Shown here: piece after piece, positions 44,976-55,138 of the stretch
How positions within the stretch are numbered: position 1 is the first letter of the stretch
Layout of the letters: each line of letters begins with the position of its first letter
NCBI GenBank assembly: GCA_035540375.1
Contig: DATLGO010000049.1
Location: forward strand, 1,618-65,617
Direction of reading: 5' to 3'
DNA from: Thermoplasmatota archaeon
GTDB taxonomy: Archaea; Thermoplasmatota; SW-10-69-26; JACQPN01; JAJPHT01
DNA: 64,000 bases
The notes under the pieces: generated by a model
What the model was told of the DNA's origin: nothing
What the model saw: only the letters and a program-made list of their open reading frames with translations
Database searches by the model: none
Position numbers and translations under genes: made by a program

Positions 44976-45754
44976 CGCGCGCCCTCCACGAGGCTCCGCG
45001 CGAGCGCCGCCGGGTCCGGCGCGCGCATGAGCGCGGTCCCGACGAGAACGCCGTCCGCGCCGGCCGCGCGGGCGCGGGCGACGTCGGCGGCGGTCTCGAT
45101 CGCGGAGAGCGCGAGCACGGGGCGGTCCTTGCGCTCAGCCGCGAGCACACGCGCCGCGCGGCCTGGATCCACCGCGAGCGTCGCGAGGTCGCGGTTGTTG
45201 ATGCCGATGACGTCGGCCTTCGTCGCGCGGGCGCGGCGGAAGCCCGCCTCGTCGGCGACCTCGAGGAGCACCTCGAGGCCCCGGCTGTGCGCGTAGGCGA
45301 CGGCCTGCGCGGGGGCTTCCCACGCGGTGAGGCCGCGCTCGAAGAGCGGCATGAGGAGGAGCACGGCGGAGGCGCCCGCGCGCGCCGCAGCGTCCACCTG
45401 CGCGGGGTCCACCACGAAGTCCTTCATGAGCACAGGCAGGTCGACCTTCGCGGCGACGTCGGCAAGCGACGCGAGCGAGCCGCCAAACTCGACGGGCTCC
45501 GTCAGCACGGAGACGCCCGCGGCGCCCGCGGACGCGAAGCCCGACGCGAGCGCGGCCGGGTCCGCGACGTCGCGAAGCTTCCCCGCCGAAGGCGAGGCGG
45601 GCTTGATCTCCGCGACGAGCCCCGGCGGGCGCTTGAAGATGGAGGCCTTGAGGCCGACGGAGGCGCGCCGCGCGGCGCGCGGGCCCGCCGCGTAGAGGCC
45701 GCGCTCGACGGCCTCCCGGGCGCGTGCCGCGAAGCGCGCGAGATGGTCGGCCAC
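44972..45754 (-). CDS. trpC: Indole-3-glycerol-phosphate synthase
   Basis: GTG 45754, 4 nt after the trpD stop, within ORF 44972..45838. [45 protein letters not shown]. Confidence 0.85.
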   Translation of the reverse strand: MADHLARFAARAREAVERGLYAAGPRAARRASVGLKASIFKRPPGLVAEIKPASPSAGKLRDVADPAALASGFASAGAAGVSVLTEPVEFGGSLASLADVAAKVDLPVLMKDFVVDPAQVDAAARAGASAVLLLMPLFERGLTAWEAPAQAVAYAHSRGLEVLLEVADEAGFRRARATKADVIGINNRDLATLAVDPGRAARVLAAERKDRPVLALSAIETAADVARARAAGADGVLVGTALMRAPDPAALARSLVEGAR

Positions 45755-45758
45755 GCGA

Positions 45759-46790
45759 TCAGCCCGCGAACTTCCCGCCGGTCGCCTCGATGAAGCTGCG
45801 GAGCTTCCCGAGCGCCTTCCCGGATTCGATGCTCTCACGGGCGACGGCGATGCCTTCCTTCATCGTCGAGGCGCGCCCGCCCACGACGGCCGCCGCGGCC
45901 GCGTTCATGAGGACCGTGTCGAGGCGCGGGCCGGGCTTCGCGGAGAGGACCTCGACGAAGACCCGCGCGCTCCCTTCCTTGTCGAGGCCGCCGACATCGT
46001 CGGGGGTCACGCGCTTGAAGCCGAACTCCTCGGGGTTCACGGTGTAGAAGCTGACCTTGCCGTCGATGACGCTTCCGATGCGCGTGGGGCCGAGCGGCGA
46101 GACTTCGTCGAGGCCGCCTTCGCCGTGCACGACGAGCGCGCGCTCCGCGCCGAGGTTCGCGAGCACCTGCGTCATCTTGGAGACGAGCGCGGGATGGTAG
46201 ACGCCGACGACCTGGCTCTTCGCGCCCGCGGGGTTCGTAAGCGGACCGAGGACGTTGAACACCGTGCGGATGCCGAGCTCGCGGCGAGGGCCTGCCGCGT
46301 GCTTCATCGACGGGTGGAAATTGGGAGCGAAGAGGAAGCCGACCCCGACGTTCTCGATGACGCGCTGGACGCGCGCGGGCTCGAGGCTCAGGTTCGCGCC
46401 GAGCGCCTCGAGGACGTCCGCGGACCCGCAGCGGCTCGTGACCGCGCGGTTGCCGTGCTTCGCGACGGGGATGCCGGCGCCCGCCGCGACGAAGGCCGAG
46501 AGCGTCGAGACGTTGAACGTCTTGAGCGGCGCGCCGCCCGTGCCGCAGGTGTCGATGAGGTGGCCCTTCACGTTCGGCGAAACGAGCGCGCACTTCTCGC
46601 GCATGACGCGCGCGAAACCCGTGAGCTCCTCGACCGTCTCGCCCTTCATCGCAAGCGCGGTGAGGAGCGACGCGATTTGCGCGCTCGTGGCCTCGCCTGA
46701 CATGATCGTCTCCATCGCGGACGCCGCCTCGTCCGCCGTGAGGCCGCGGCCGTCCACGACCTTCGCGATCGCCTCCTTGATTCCGCTCAT
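45759..46790 (-). CDS. trpD: Anthranilate phosphoribosyltransferase
   Basis: ATG 46790 (ATGA overlap) within ORF 45759..47396. DTCGTGGAPLKTFNVST, KHGNRAVTSRCGSADVLEALG. Confidence 0.9.
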   Translation of the reverse strand: MSGIKEAIAKVVDGRGLTADEAASAMETIMSGEATSAQIASLLTALAMKGETVEELTGFARVMREKCALVSPNVKGHLIDTCGTGGAPLKTFNVSTLSAFVAAGAGIPVAKHGNRAVTSRCGSADVLEALGANLSLEPARVQRVIENVGVGFLFAPNFHPSMKHAAGPRRELGIRTVFNVLGPLTNPAGAKSQVVGVYHPALVSKMTQVLANLGAERALVVHGEGGLDEVSPLGPTRIGSVIDGKVSFYTVNPEEFGFKRVTPDDVGGLDKEGSARVFVEVLSAKPGPRLDTVLMNAAAAAVVGGRASTMKEGIAVARESIESGKALGKLRSFIEATGGKFAG

Positions 46791-47374
46791 CGCCGACACG
46801 TCTCCAGGAAATTGCGCATCATCGTCTTGCCGTGGTCCGTAAGGATGGACTCCGGGTGGAACTGGACGCCTTCGATCGGGAACGCGCGGTGGCGCGCGCC
46901 CATGATGACGCCGTCGGCGGTCCGCGCGCTCACCTCGAGCGCCGCGGGGACCGTCGCGGGATCGATCGCGAGGCTGTGGTAACGTCCGACCGAAAGGGGC
47001 GAGGGGACGCCCGCGAAGACGCCCTTGCCGTCGTGCTCGACGAGGCTCGTCTTGCCGTGCATCACGCGCGGCGCGCGGACGACCTGGCCGCCGAACACGT
47101 GCCCCATGCCCTGGAGGCCGAGGCAGATGCCGAGCGTGGGGGTCGTCTTCGAGAGGCCGAGGAGCAGGTCCGCCGAGACGCCGAAGTACCTCGGGTCCGC
47201 GGGGTGGCCGGGTCCGGGCGAGATGAGGATGCCGTCGGGCGCGAGGGCCTCGGCCTCCTTCGCGGTGATGGCGTCGTTGCGCTTCACGACCGGGTCCGCC
47301 CCGAGCTCGCCGAGGTACTGGACGAGGTTGTAGGTGAAGCTGTCGTAGTTGTCGACGACCAGGACCCTCGTCAC
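46787..47374 (-). CDS. trpG: Anthranilate synthase component II (glutamine amidotransferase)
   Basis: ORF 46787..47374. VLVVDNYDSFTYNLVQYL, GICLGLQ (Cys nucleophile), VQFHPES. Confidence 0.92.
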   Translation of the reverse strand: MTRVLVVDNYDSFTYNLVQYLGELGADPVVKRNDAITAKEAEALAPDGILISPGPGHPADPRYFGVSADLLLGLSKTTPTLGICLGLQGMGHVFGGQVVRAPRVMHGKTSLVEHDGKGVFAGVPSPLSVGRYHSLAIDPATVPAALEVSARTADGVIMGARHRAFPIEGVQFHPESILTDHGKTMMRNFLETCRR

Positions 47375-48759
47375 GGCGACCCCTTACCCCCTCCACGGCT
47401 TGAAGGCTCCGGACCCGCCCGGAAGCGCTCCATGACCTTGACGAGCGCGCGGGCCTTGGCTTCCGTCTCCTCCCACTCCTTCATCGGGTCGGAATCGTGC
47501 ACGATGCCCGCGCCCGCCATGACGGTCGCGCGGCCGTTCTCGCCGACGAGCGTGCGGATCGCGATCGCGGAGTCCGCGTTGCCGTTGAAGCTGAAGTAGC
47601 CGACCGCGCCCGCGTAGGCGCCGCGCGCCGCGGGCTCGAGCTCCCGGATGATCTTCATCGCCTCGACCTTGGGCGCGCCCGAGACGGTGCCCGCCGGGAA
47701 GAGCGCGTGGAGGGCGTCGAACGCGCTCATGCCCGGTCGAAGCCTTCCCTCGACCTTGCTCACGAGGTGCTGCACGTGCGAGTAGCGCTCGACCCTGCGC
47801 AGCTCGGCGACGCGAACGGTCCCGAACTCGGCGACGCGGCCCACGTCGTTGCGGGCGAGGTCGACGAGCATCGCGTGCTCGGCGGCCTCCTTCTCGTCCG
47901 CGAGGAGCTCCTTCGCGAGGGCATCGGTCTCCTCCGGGGTCGCGCCCATGCGACGCGTGCCCGCGATGGGGAAGGTCTCCACGCGACCGCCGTCGAGCCG
48001 CACGAGCATCTCGGGCGAGGCGCCGACGATCTCGCGTCCGCGGGCAAAGCGCACGTAATACATGTAGGGGCTCGGATTCAGCCGCTTCAACTCCTCGTAA
48101 TACGCGAGGAGGCTGCCCTCGTAGTCGGCCTCGATCTTGCGCGCGAGGACCACCTGGAAGATGTCGCCGCGCCCGACGCGCTCCTTCGCCTCGACAACCA
48201 TCTTCTCGAACCCGGCGCGGTCGAGGTTCGAGCGCGGCTCTCCGATCGCAAGCGAGGGCGCGGGCGTCTCGGCCCGCATGGCGGCCTCGAAGCGCGCGCC
48301 GCGGTCCTCGCCGTGGCTGAAGTAGAGCGTGCGGCGCGTGAGCCGGTCGAACACGACGCCGTCGAGGTAGAGGCCGAACTCGAACGCGGGTCCCGCCTCG
48401 CCGCGCCCGCGCGCGGGGACGGAGGGCTCGAGCGTCGCCGCATACTCGTAGCCGATCGCGCCCACGAGGCCGCCGAGGTACCGGTAGCCCTGGTCGAGGA
48501 CCGCGCGCGAGTCGATGAGCCGCTTGAGGTACTGCGTCGGCTTCTCCCCGGCCTTCGGGTCGGGCGCGTCGCCCTCGACCTCGAGGCGGCCTTCCGCGAG
48601 GCGAACCTCCGCCACGGGGTCGACCCCAAGGATGCTGTAGCGCGCAAGACGCTCCGGTCCTTCCGCGGATTCGAGGAGGAATCCCGCGGGACGGTTCGCG
48701 AGGAGCCGCGCGAAGTCCTTCGCGGGGTCGAACGGGACGTCGAGCGCGCGGAGGATCAT
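47371..48759 (-). CDS. trpE: Anthranilate synthase component I
   Basis: ORF 47371..48759. FPAGTVSGAPKVEAM, RGAYAGAVGYFSFNGNADSAIAIRT. Confidence 0.92.
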   Translation of the reverse strand: MILRALDVPFDPAKDFARLLANRPAGFLLESAEGPERLARYSILGVDPVAEVRLAEGRLEVEGDAPDPKAGEKPTQYLKRLIDSRAVLDQGYRYLGGLVGAIGYEYAATLEPSVPARGRGEAGPAFEFGLYLDGVVFDRLTRRTLYFSHGEDRGARFEAAMRAETPAPSLAIGEPRSNLDRAGFEKMVVEAKERVGRGDIFQVVLARKIEADYEGSLLAYYEELKRLNPSPYMYYVRFARGREIVGASPEMLVRLDGGRVETFPIAGTRRMGATPEETDALAKELLADEKEAAEHAMLVDLARNDVGRVAEFGTVRVAELRRVERYSHVQHLVSKVEGRLRPGMSAFDALHALFPAGTVSGAPKVEAMKIIRELEPAARGAYAGAVGYFSFNGNADSAIAIRTLVGENGRATVMAGAGIVHDSDPMKEWEETEAKARALVKVMERFRAGPEPSSRGGGKGSP

Positions 48760-48782
48760 GGCCCATCTCCAGTATTCGCTGT

Positions 48783-48791
48783 CTTATTTAT
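48783..48791 (-). promoter_or_regulatory. TATA box candidate (ATAAATAAG on the minus strand) for the trp operon
   Basis: AT island centred about 28 nt upstream of the trpE ATG (48759). This implies a leaderless trp mRNA with no room for an attenuator. Confidence 0.45.
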
Positions 48792-48815
48792 GCCCTTGGT
48801 GTACATTTGTGGGCA

Positions 48816-50120
48816 TCACGTCGGGGGTTCGATCGCGAGGACCGTGACCTCGAAGAGCCGCTCGTGGCCATCCTGGAAAGCGCGTTCGGGCGCGAGGCGT
48901 ACGGTCGCCGTTTCCCCGACCTTGAGGCCGAGCGTGGCGTCGCGGAAGCCGGGGATGACGTTGATGTAGCCGGCGGGCGGCGCGCCGTCCCCGAGCCACA
49001 CGGCAAGCGGCTCGAACTGGGGCCGGTTCTTCGACGGGAAGACGCGCACGCTCTTCGGAAGCGGCACGTTCGAGTCGAAGACGGCGCCGTTGCCGTAGAG
49101 GCCGACGTAGGCCACCTTGACGCGGCCGTTCGCGCCCGCGTCCGCCGCCGCGCCCGAGACCTCCGCCACGCGGTACGTGACGACGTGGCGCGCGACGAGG
49201 GCGCCGGCCTTCGCCTCCACCGTGACGTTCGCGACGCCGGCCGTCGCGTTCTCGGCCGCGAGGCGAAGGATCACGGGGAGCCACTCGCGCGGGGCGACCC
49301 GGACCGTCGCGCGCTCGAAGGCCGCGACGATCGCCGGATCGCTCGGCGTCGCGGAGAGCGTCACGTTCTCCGTCGCATTTCCGAGGTTCTTCACGAGGAT
49401 CGCGAGCGAGAGACGACCGTCGGGGTCGATCTTGTAGCCCTCGTGGAGCGAGGCGACCTCGAGGTTGCGCTGAGGCGCGACCGGCGGATGGACCGTCGCG
49501 CGCCGGAGGGTGACGGTCTCCGCGGGCACGTTCGCGTGCGGCTCGCGCGCGACGGTGGGGAGCCCCTGGATGCGCTTCACGACGTCAAGGCCTTCGACGA
49601 CGCGGCCGAAGATCGCATAGCCCGGGGCCCGGTCGAGGCAGGTCGAATCCTGGGCGTTGATGAAGAACTGCGTCGTCGCGGTGTTCTCCTCCTCGAGCCG
49701 CGCCATCGCCACGGTGCCTTCGACGTGGCTCACGTTGCGCGGCCGCTCGAGCGGGATCGGGCCGAGGTTCACGCCCTTCGGCTTGAGGTCCTTCGTGTAC
49801 CCTCCGCCCTGGACGATCCCGATGCAGCTCTCGTTCGAGCGCACGACGGCGCGGTGGAAGATCGTGTTCTCGTAGAACCCGTTCTCGGCGTACTGGACGA
49901 AGTTCGCGACCGTCACAGGGGATTTGTCGAGAAGCATCTCGATCGCGATCTCGCCGTGGCTCGTGTCGAGCACGACGGTCAGGTTCGCGAAGCGAACCTC
50001 GAGCGGAATCTCGATGTCGTCCTCGCCGTCGCGGGCCCCGGGCGCGGGCCCGGACCCGAGGCACCCGGCAAGGAGGATGGCGGCGGCAAGCGCGAGCGCG
50101 AGGGGCGCGGACGGGCGCAT
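48816..50120 (-). CDS. Lipoprotein with two peptidyl-prolyl isomerase domains (N-terminal cyclophilin type, C-terminal FKBP type)
   Basis: ORF 48816..50120. Lipobox LLAGC. Cyclophilin core VTVANFVQYAENGFYENTIFHR...MARLEEENTATTQFFIN...GYAIFGRVVEGLDVV. FKBP-like VKVAYVGLYGNGAVFDSN...VIPGFRDATLGLKVGETATV. Confidence 0.7.
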   Translation of the reverse strand: MRPSAPLALALAAAILLAGCLGSGPAPGARDGEDDIEIPLEVRFANLTVVLDTSHGEIAIEMLLDKSPVTVANFVQYAENGFYENTIFHRAVVRSNESCIGIVQGGGYTKDLKPKGVNLGPIPLERPRNVSHVEGTVAMARLEEENTATTQFFINAQDSTCLDRAPGYAIFGRVVEGLDVVKRIQGLPTVAREPHANVPAETVTLRRATVHPPVAPQRNLEVASLHEGYKIDPDGRLSLAILVKNLGNATENVTLSATPSDPAIVAAFERATVRVAPREWLPVILRLAAENATAGVANVTVEAKAGALVARHVVTYRVAEVSGAAADAGANGRVKVAYVGLYGNGAVFDSNVPLPKSVRVFPSKNRPQFEPLAVWLGDGAPPAGYINVIPGFRDATLGLKVGETATVRLAPERAFQDGHERLFEVTVLAIEPPT

Positions 50121-50145
50121 CGGCCGGGGATGGTCCCGGTCGCCA

Positions 50146-50781
50146 CTAAAGCGCTTCGGTTCCTCCGACCGGGCGCCGGGGGGCCCCGCGCCGGTCCGCG
50201 AGGCGCCGGAGCACGTCGCGGGGCGTCACGCCCTCGGCCTGCGCGGCGACGAGCGTGTGGTAGAGGACGTCGGCGGCCTCGTCGGCAAGGCGGGCCCGGT
50301 CGCGGTCCTTCGCGGCCATGATGAGCTCCCCCGCCTCCTCGGCGACCTTCTTGAGACGCAGGTTGGGATCCGAAAGCAGGCGCGTCGTGTGGCTCCCCTC
50401 GACGGGCTCCGCGAGGCGCTCGGCGACCACGCGTTCGAGCTCGGCGAGGCCCGCCTCGCCCTCGCCCGCGAGCGCGCGCTCGAAGCAGGTGGGCGTTCCC
50501 TCGTGGCACGCGGGGCCCGTCTGGCGCACGCGCGCAAGGAGCGTGTCGCCGTCGCAGTCGAGAAGGAGCGCGACGAGCTTCTGGACGTGGCCGGATTCCT
50601 CGCCCTTGCGCCAAAGCCGCCCGCGGCTCCTCGAGCGATAATGCATCTCGCCCGTCGCGAGGGTCGCGTCGTAGGCTTCGCGGTCCATGTAGGCGAGCAT
50701 GAGCACGTCGGCCGTCGCTGCGTCCTGCACGACCACGGGCACGAGGCCGCCGCCCTTCGCGAAGTCCGGGACCGCCGTCAT
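50146..50781 (-). CDS. hisIE: Bifunctional phosphoribosyl-AMP cyclohydrolase / phosphoribosyl-ATP pyrophosphatase
   Basis: ORF 50146..50781. [25 protein letters not shown]...CDGDTLL...CHEGTPTCF (HisI), then LERVVAERL...SHTTRLL...KKVAEEAGE (HisE). Confidence 0.9.
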   Translation of the reverse strand: MTAVPDFAKGGGLVPVVVQDAATADVLMLAYMDREAYDATLATGEMHYRSRSRGRLWRKGEESGHVQKLVALLLDCDGDTLLARVRQTGPACHEGTPTCFERALAGEGEAGLAELERVVAERLAEPVEGSHTTRLLSDPNLRLKKVAEEAGELIMAAKDRDRARLADEAADVLYHTLVAAQAEGVTPRDVLRRLADRRGAPRRPVGGTEAL

Positions 50782-50894
50782 CGACGGGAGAGGGCGCGCT
50801 CCGCCCTATGGGGTTTTCGGGGTCGGCCGCGGGGCGGGGGTCGCCATGAACCTCTTATAGCGGCAAGCCGTCGCGTCATCGAGGCGACCCCGTC

Positions 50895-52472
50895 ATGCAG
50901 ACCAAGCCCGCCCTCCTCGCGCTCGTCCTTCTCGCCGCCGGCGCCCTCGCCGGATGCATCCAGGCCGGAAACGGTCCCCTGGACGCGGCTTCGAACGCCC
51001 CCGCCTTCGACCCCGCGACCGCGCCGCGCCTCCTCGCGCACGAGGGCGTGAACCGCACGATCGACCCGGCCGTTCTGTTCGACCCGCTCCTTGCGCCGGG
51101 AGCGAACGGGAGCGCGCTCTTCGACGTCGCCCCGAGCCTCCTCCACGTGAGCGTCGGCGTGCCCGGCGCGGAGCCTTCGATCGGCGTCACGTCGAACGGC
51201 ATGATCTTCTTCCAGGGGATCGGCGGCGAGGGCCCGACCGGCATGCAGCCCGCGACGATGCGGAGCGTCGACGGCGGACGAACGTGGAAGAACGTGATCC
51301 AGCTTCCCGCCACGATGCCGATCTCGCTCGACCCGCTCCTGTGGGTCGACCCCGACACGGACCGCGTGTTCGTGAACCATCTCTACGTCGGCTGCTCGTG
51401 GCTGAGCTGGAGCGACGACTTCGGAGGCTCCTGGACGACGAACCCCCTCGCGTGCGGCAACACGCTGAACGACCACCAGAAGATCGCGACGGGGAAGTTC
51501 AAGACCCTCCCGAACCCGGGCGTGTACAAGAACGTCGTTTACTACGGCTACAACCAGATCGGCGGCAACCCCGCGACCGGCGCGAGCCGCGTCTCGGCGA
51601 GCCTCGACGGCGGCCTCACGTGGCCGATCAACAGCAAGGCCGTCGAGCACGGCACCTGCTCCGGCGGCCTCCACGGACGCCTCCGCACCGACTCCGAAGG
51701 CAACGTGTACCTGCCGAAGCGCGACTGCGGCGGCGTCGTCCTCGCCGTGAGCAAGGACAATGCGCTCACGTGGACGCAGACCAAGCTCGGCGAGGACGTC
51801 GGGAGCGCCCGGTTCCGCAAGAACCCGGACCTCGCGATCGACCGCGAGAACAACCTCTACATGGTCTGGCCCGGCGACGACAACCGCCTCTACCTGAGCG
51901 TCAGCCGCGACCGCGGCGCGACGTGGAGCAACGAGTCGCTCCTCGCCTCCCCGCCCTCGGTCACGACCACGACGATGCCCGCCATCGTCGCGGGCGACGC
52001 GGGCCGCATCGCCTTCGCGTACTACGGCGTCGAGAACGGGAACGGCAAGTCGCCCGAATGCGTAGGCGACGAGACGACCTGGAACGTGTACGTCTCGTGG
52101 AGCCTCGACGCGCTTTCGGAGAACCCGCGGTTCGTCACGACCACCGCGAACGATCCCGCGGACCCCGTCCAGGTGGGCGGGATCAGCACGAACTCGGGCA
52201 CGCCCGAGGGCGGCTGCAAGTACCGCCGCAACCTCCTCGACTTCATCGACATGACGATGGACAAGGAGGGCCGCGTGTACGTCGCGACCGCGGACGGCTG
52301 CGTGAACTGCACCGGCCAATCCGACAGCAACAACCGGCTCGGCATGGCCTCGACGCAGCTCACGGGCCCGAGCCTTCTTTTCGGGACGCCCGCGTTCCGC
52401 GAAGGGCCGACCGGGAAGGCCGCAGCCGCGCCCGCGCGCCCCGGCGCGGGCCCGCTCGGGCTCCTCGGCTAG
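50895..52472 (+). CDS. Lipoprotein with BNR/Asp-box repeats (sialidase-like beta-propeller fold)
   Basis: ORF 50895..52472. Lipobox ALAGC. Five S-x-D-x-G-x-(T/S)-W boxes: [47 protein letters not shown] island lies about 37 nt upstream. Confidence 0.65.
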   Translation: MQTKPALLALVLLAAGALAGCIQAGNGPLDAASNAPAFDPATAPRLLAHEGVNRTIDPAVLFDPLLAPGANGSALFDVAPSLLHVSVGVPGAEPSIGVTSNGMIFFQGIGGEGPTGMQPATMRSVDGGRTWKNVIQLPATMPISLDPLLWVDPDTDRVFVNHLYVGCSWLSWSDDFGGSWTTNPLACGNTLNDHQKIATGKFKTLPNPGVYKNVVYYGYNQIGGNPATGASRVSASLDGGLTWPINSKAVEHGTCSGGLHGRLRTDSEGNVYLPKRDCGGVVLAVSKDNALTWTQTKLGEDVGSARFRKNPDLAIDRENNLYMVWPGDDNRLYLSVSRDRGATWSNESLLASPPSVTTTTMPAIVAGDAGRIAFAYYGVENGNGKSPECVGDETTWNVYVSWSLDALSENPRFVTTTANDPADPVQVGGISTNSGTPEGGCKYRRNLLDFIDMTMDKEGRVYVATADGCVNCTGQSDSNNRLGMASTQLTGPSLLFGTPAFREGPTGKAAAAPARPGAGPLGLLG

Positions 52473-53221
52473 AGGCGCACCGGGACGCCGCGCGCGTGGA
52501 TCGCGCGCTTCGTCTCCGCGACCGAGACCTCGCGGTCGTGGAAGATGCTCGCGGCGAGCGCCGCGTCCGCGCCGGAGGCGAGCGCCTCCGCGAGATGCTC
52601 CGCGCGGCCGGCCCCGCCGGACGCGATGACCGGGATGCGGACGGCTTCCGCGACCCCGCGCACGAGGTCGATGTCGTACCCGTCGCGCGTCCCGTCGCGG
52701 TCCATGCTCGTGAGGAGGATCTCGCCCGCGCCGAGCTTCGCGCCGCGAGAGGCCCACTCGATGACGTCGACGTCCGTCGCGCGCGTGCCGCCGTGCGTGT
52801 GCACGAGCCAGCGCTCTCCCACGCGCTTCGCGTCGATCGCAAGGACGATGCACTGCGCGCCGAAGCGCTCGCTTGCCGTCGAAAGGAGGGACGGATCCGC
52901 GATCGCCGCGGAGTTGATGCTCACCTTGTCGGCGCCGGCATTGAGCGCGTCCTGCACGTCGTCGGCCGTGCGGATGCCGCCGCCGACCGTGAGGGGAATG
53001 AAGAGGTTCTCCGCCGTGCGGCGGACGGCGTCGAGCGTCGTCGCCCGCGCCTCGCGCGTCGCCGCGATGTCCAGGAAGACGATCTCGTCGGCGCCCTCCG
53101 CTTCGTAGCGCTCCGCGAGCGCGGCGGGGTCGCCCGCGTCGCGGAGGTTCTCGAACTTGACGCCTTTCACGACGCGCCCGCCCTTGACGTCGAGGCAGGG
53201 GACGACGCGCTTCTTGAGCAT
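52469..53221 (-). CDS. hisF: Imidazole glycerol phosphate synthase cyclase subunit
   Basis: ATG 53221 (TGATG one-nt overlap with the hisB stop) within ORF 52469..53647. [30 protein letters not shown]. Confidence 0.92.
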   Translation of the reverse strand: MLKKRVVPCLDVKGGRVVKGVKFENLRDAGDPAALAERYEAEGADEIVFLDIAATREARATTLDAVRRTAENLFIPLTVGGGIRTADDVQDALNAGADKVSINSAAIADPSLLSTASERFGAQCIVLAIDAKRVGERWLVHTHGGTRATDVDVIEWASRGAKLGAGEILLTSMDRDGTRDGYDIDLVRGVAEAVRIPVIASGGAGRAEHLAEALASGADAALAASIFHDREVSVAETKRAIHARGVPVRL

Positions 53222-53817
53222 CAGGCGCCCTCCCGCCGGAGGGCGACCGCGCCCTTCGTCGAGAGCCGCTCCGCGCGCGGCTTGGTCGCCTCGCGGATCG
53301 CGACCGCGGTCGCCTTCACGGCGGCCTCGACGACGTGGTGCGGGTTGCGGCCGCGCACGACGACGAGGTGGAGCGTCATGCCGCCCTCGGTCGCGAAGGA
53401 GCGCATGAAGTGGTCCATCATCGGGTCCGGCAGGTCCCCTTCGTAGAACGGCCGCTCCACAAGGTCGACGGCGGCGAGGACGAGCGCCTCGTCCATCGGG
53501 ACGTAGGCGTGGCCCACCCGGGCGATCGCGCCGGGATCGATCGCCGCCCGGAAGGCGCGGCCGAGCGTGATCGCGACGTCCTCGACAAGGTGGTGCTCGA
53601 GCCCGTCCTTCGAGCGGGCGTGGACCTTGACGTCGTAGCCGCTCCACTTGGCGAGCGTCTCAACCATATGGCGCGCGAACGCCGCGGAGGCGCCCGCGGC
53701 GCGGCCCGGCTCGCTGCCCGCGAGGGCGCCCTCGAGCTTCACGTCCGCGACGCCCGCGCCGAAAGCGACGGTGACGACGATCGAGGTCTCCTTCGTCTCG
53801 CGCTCGAGCGTCGCCAT
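53221..53817 (-). CDS. hisB: Imidazoleglycerol-phosphate dehydratase
   Basis: ATG 53817 (TGATG overlap with the hisA stop) within ORF 53221..54555. [37 protein letters not shown]. Confidence 0.9.
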   Translation of the reverse strand: MATLERETKETSIVVTVAFGAGVADVKLEGALAGSEPGRAAGASAAFARHMVETLAKWSGYDVKVHARSKDGLEHHLVEDVAITLGRAFRAAIDPGAIARVGHAYVPMDEALVLAAVDLVERPFYEGDLPDPMMDHFMRSFATEGGMTLHLVVVRGRNPHHVVEAAVKATAVAIREATKPRAERLSTKGAVALRREGA

Positions 53818-54545
53818 CAGCGTTTTCCTCCCTCGCCCGCGAGCGCCGCGCGCATGTCGACGGCGCCCGTGTACGCGGCCATGCCGACGACCGCGCCCCA
53901 GGCGCCCGTCCCGCGGAGCGCGTCGAGGTCGGCGCGGTCGCGGACGCCGCCCGAGGCGACGACGGGCGTCGAGACCGCGGCCGCGAGGCGCCGCACGCCC
54001 TCGACGTTCGCGCCGCTCATGCGGCCCTCGCGGTCCACGTCCGTGTAGAGGATGCCGCCGACGCCGAGCCCGTCGACCTCGCGCGCGAACTCGAGGACGT
54101 CGCGGCCGGTCGATTCGGTCCAGCCCTTCGCGACGACGTGACCGCCCTTCGCGTCGAGTGCGATCACGACGCGGCGCCCGTACCGCTTCGCGATCTCGTG
54201 AAGGAAGACGGGGTCGGTGACGGCCCGCGTGCCGATGACGACGCGCGCGGCGCCCGCGTTGAGGAGCGTGTCGATGTCCTCGACGAAACGGACGCCGCCG
54301 CCCACCTGGACCATCATGCCCGGGAGCGCTTCGAGGATGCGCGTGACGACGCGGAGGTTCGATCCCGTGCCGAACGCGCGGTCGAGGTCGACGACGTGGA
54401 GCCACGCGGCCCCCATGTCGCGGAAGGCCTGCGCCTGCGCGACGGGGTCCGGGACATTCACGCGTTCCTCGCGCGGGTCGCCGCCCACGAGCTGCACGCA
54501 CGCGCCGTTCCTCAGATCGACCGCAGGAATCACCCTCATCGCCAC
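53817..54545 (-). CDS. hisA: ProFAR isomerase
   Basis: ORF 53817..54545 (alternative ATG 54539 gives an ATGA overlap with the hisH stop). VIPAVDLRNGACVQLVGG, HVVDLD, GGGVR, ASGGV. Confidence 0.9.
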   Translation of the reverse strand: MAMRVIPAVDLRNGACVQLVGGDPREERVNVPDPVAQAQAFRDMGAAWLHVVDLDRAFGTGSNLRVVTRILEALPGMMVQVGGGVRFVEDIDTLLNAGAARVVIGTRAVTDPVFLHEIAKRYGRRVVIALDAKGGHVVAKGWTESTGRDVLEFAREVDGLGVGGILYTDVDREGRMSGANVEGVRRLAAAVSTPVVASGGVRDRADLDALRGTGAWGAVVGMAAYTGAVDMRAALAGEGGKR

Positions 54546-55138
54546 GCCTCCGCATATCGCACGAAGTTATCGATCATCTTGAGCCCCGCCGCGCCGGACT
54601 TCTCGGGATGGAACTGCGTCCCCCACGCGTTGCGCTTGCGCACGACGGCCGTGAACGTGCTTCCGTAGGTGGTCGTCGCGACCGTCACGGGCTCCTCGGG
54701 GGCGGGCGCGAAGGAGTTCACGTAGTACACGTGCGTGCCCTCCGAGAGTCCCGCGAAAAGGTCGTCCTCGCGGAAGGCGAGCACGTTCCATCCGATGTGC
54801 GGAAGCTTGTCGTGGGCGAGTCGCTTCACCTTCCCCCGCATGTAGGCGAGGCCCGGGTCGCCGGGACTCTCCTCGCTCGCCTCGAAGAGAAGCTGCATGC
54901 CGAGGCAGACCCCGAGGAGCGGCGTCCCCTCCTCGAGCCGGGCCAGGAGCGGTTTCGCGAGCGGCTTGAGGCGCGGGGCGGCCTCTCCGAAGGCGCCGAC
55001 CCCGGGAAGCACGATGGCCTCGGCCGCGAGGACGTCCTTCGGGTCCTTCGTGACGTGAACCTCCGCCCGCGCGCGCTCGAGCGCCTTGCGCAGGCTGTGG
55101 ATGTTGCCGACGCCGTAGTCGAGAAGCGTGACCCTCAC
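54536..55138 (-). CDS. hisH: Imidazole glycerol phosphate synthase glutamine amidotransferase subunit
   Basis: GTG 55138 (GTGA overlap with the hisC stop) within ORF 54536..56290. LLDYGVGNIHS, GVCLGMQLL, QFHPEKS. Confidence 0.9.
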   Translation of the reverse strand: MRVTLLDYGVGNIHSLRKALERARAEVHVTKDPKDVLAAEAIVLPGVGAFGEAAPRLKPLAKPLLARLEEGTPLLGVCLGMQLLFEASEESPGDPGLAYMRGKVKRLAHDKLPHIGWNVLAFREDDLFAGLSEGTHVYYVNSFAPAPEEPVTVATTTYGSTFTAVVRKRNAWGTQFHPEKSGAAGLKMIDNFVRYAEAWR

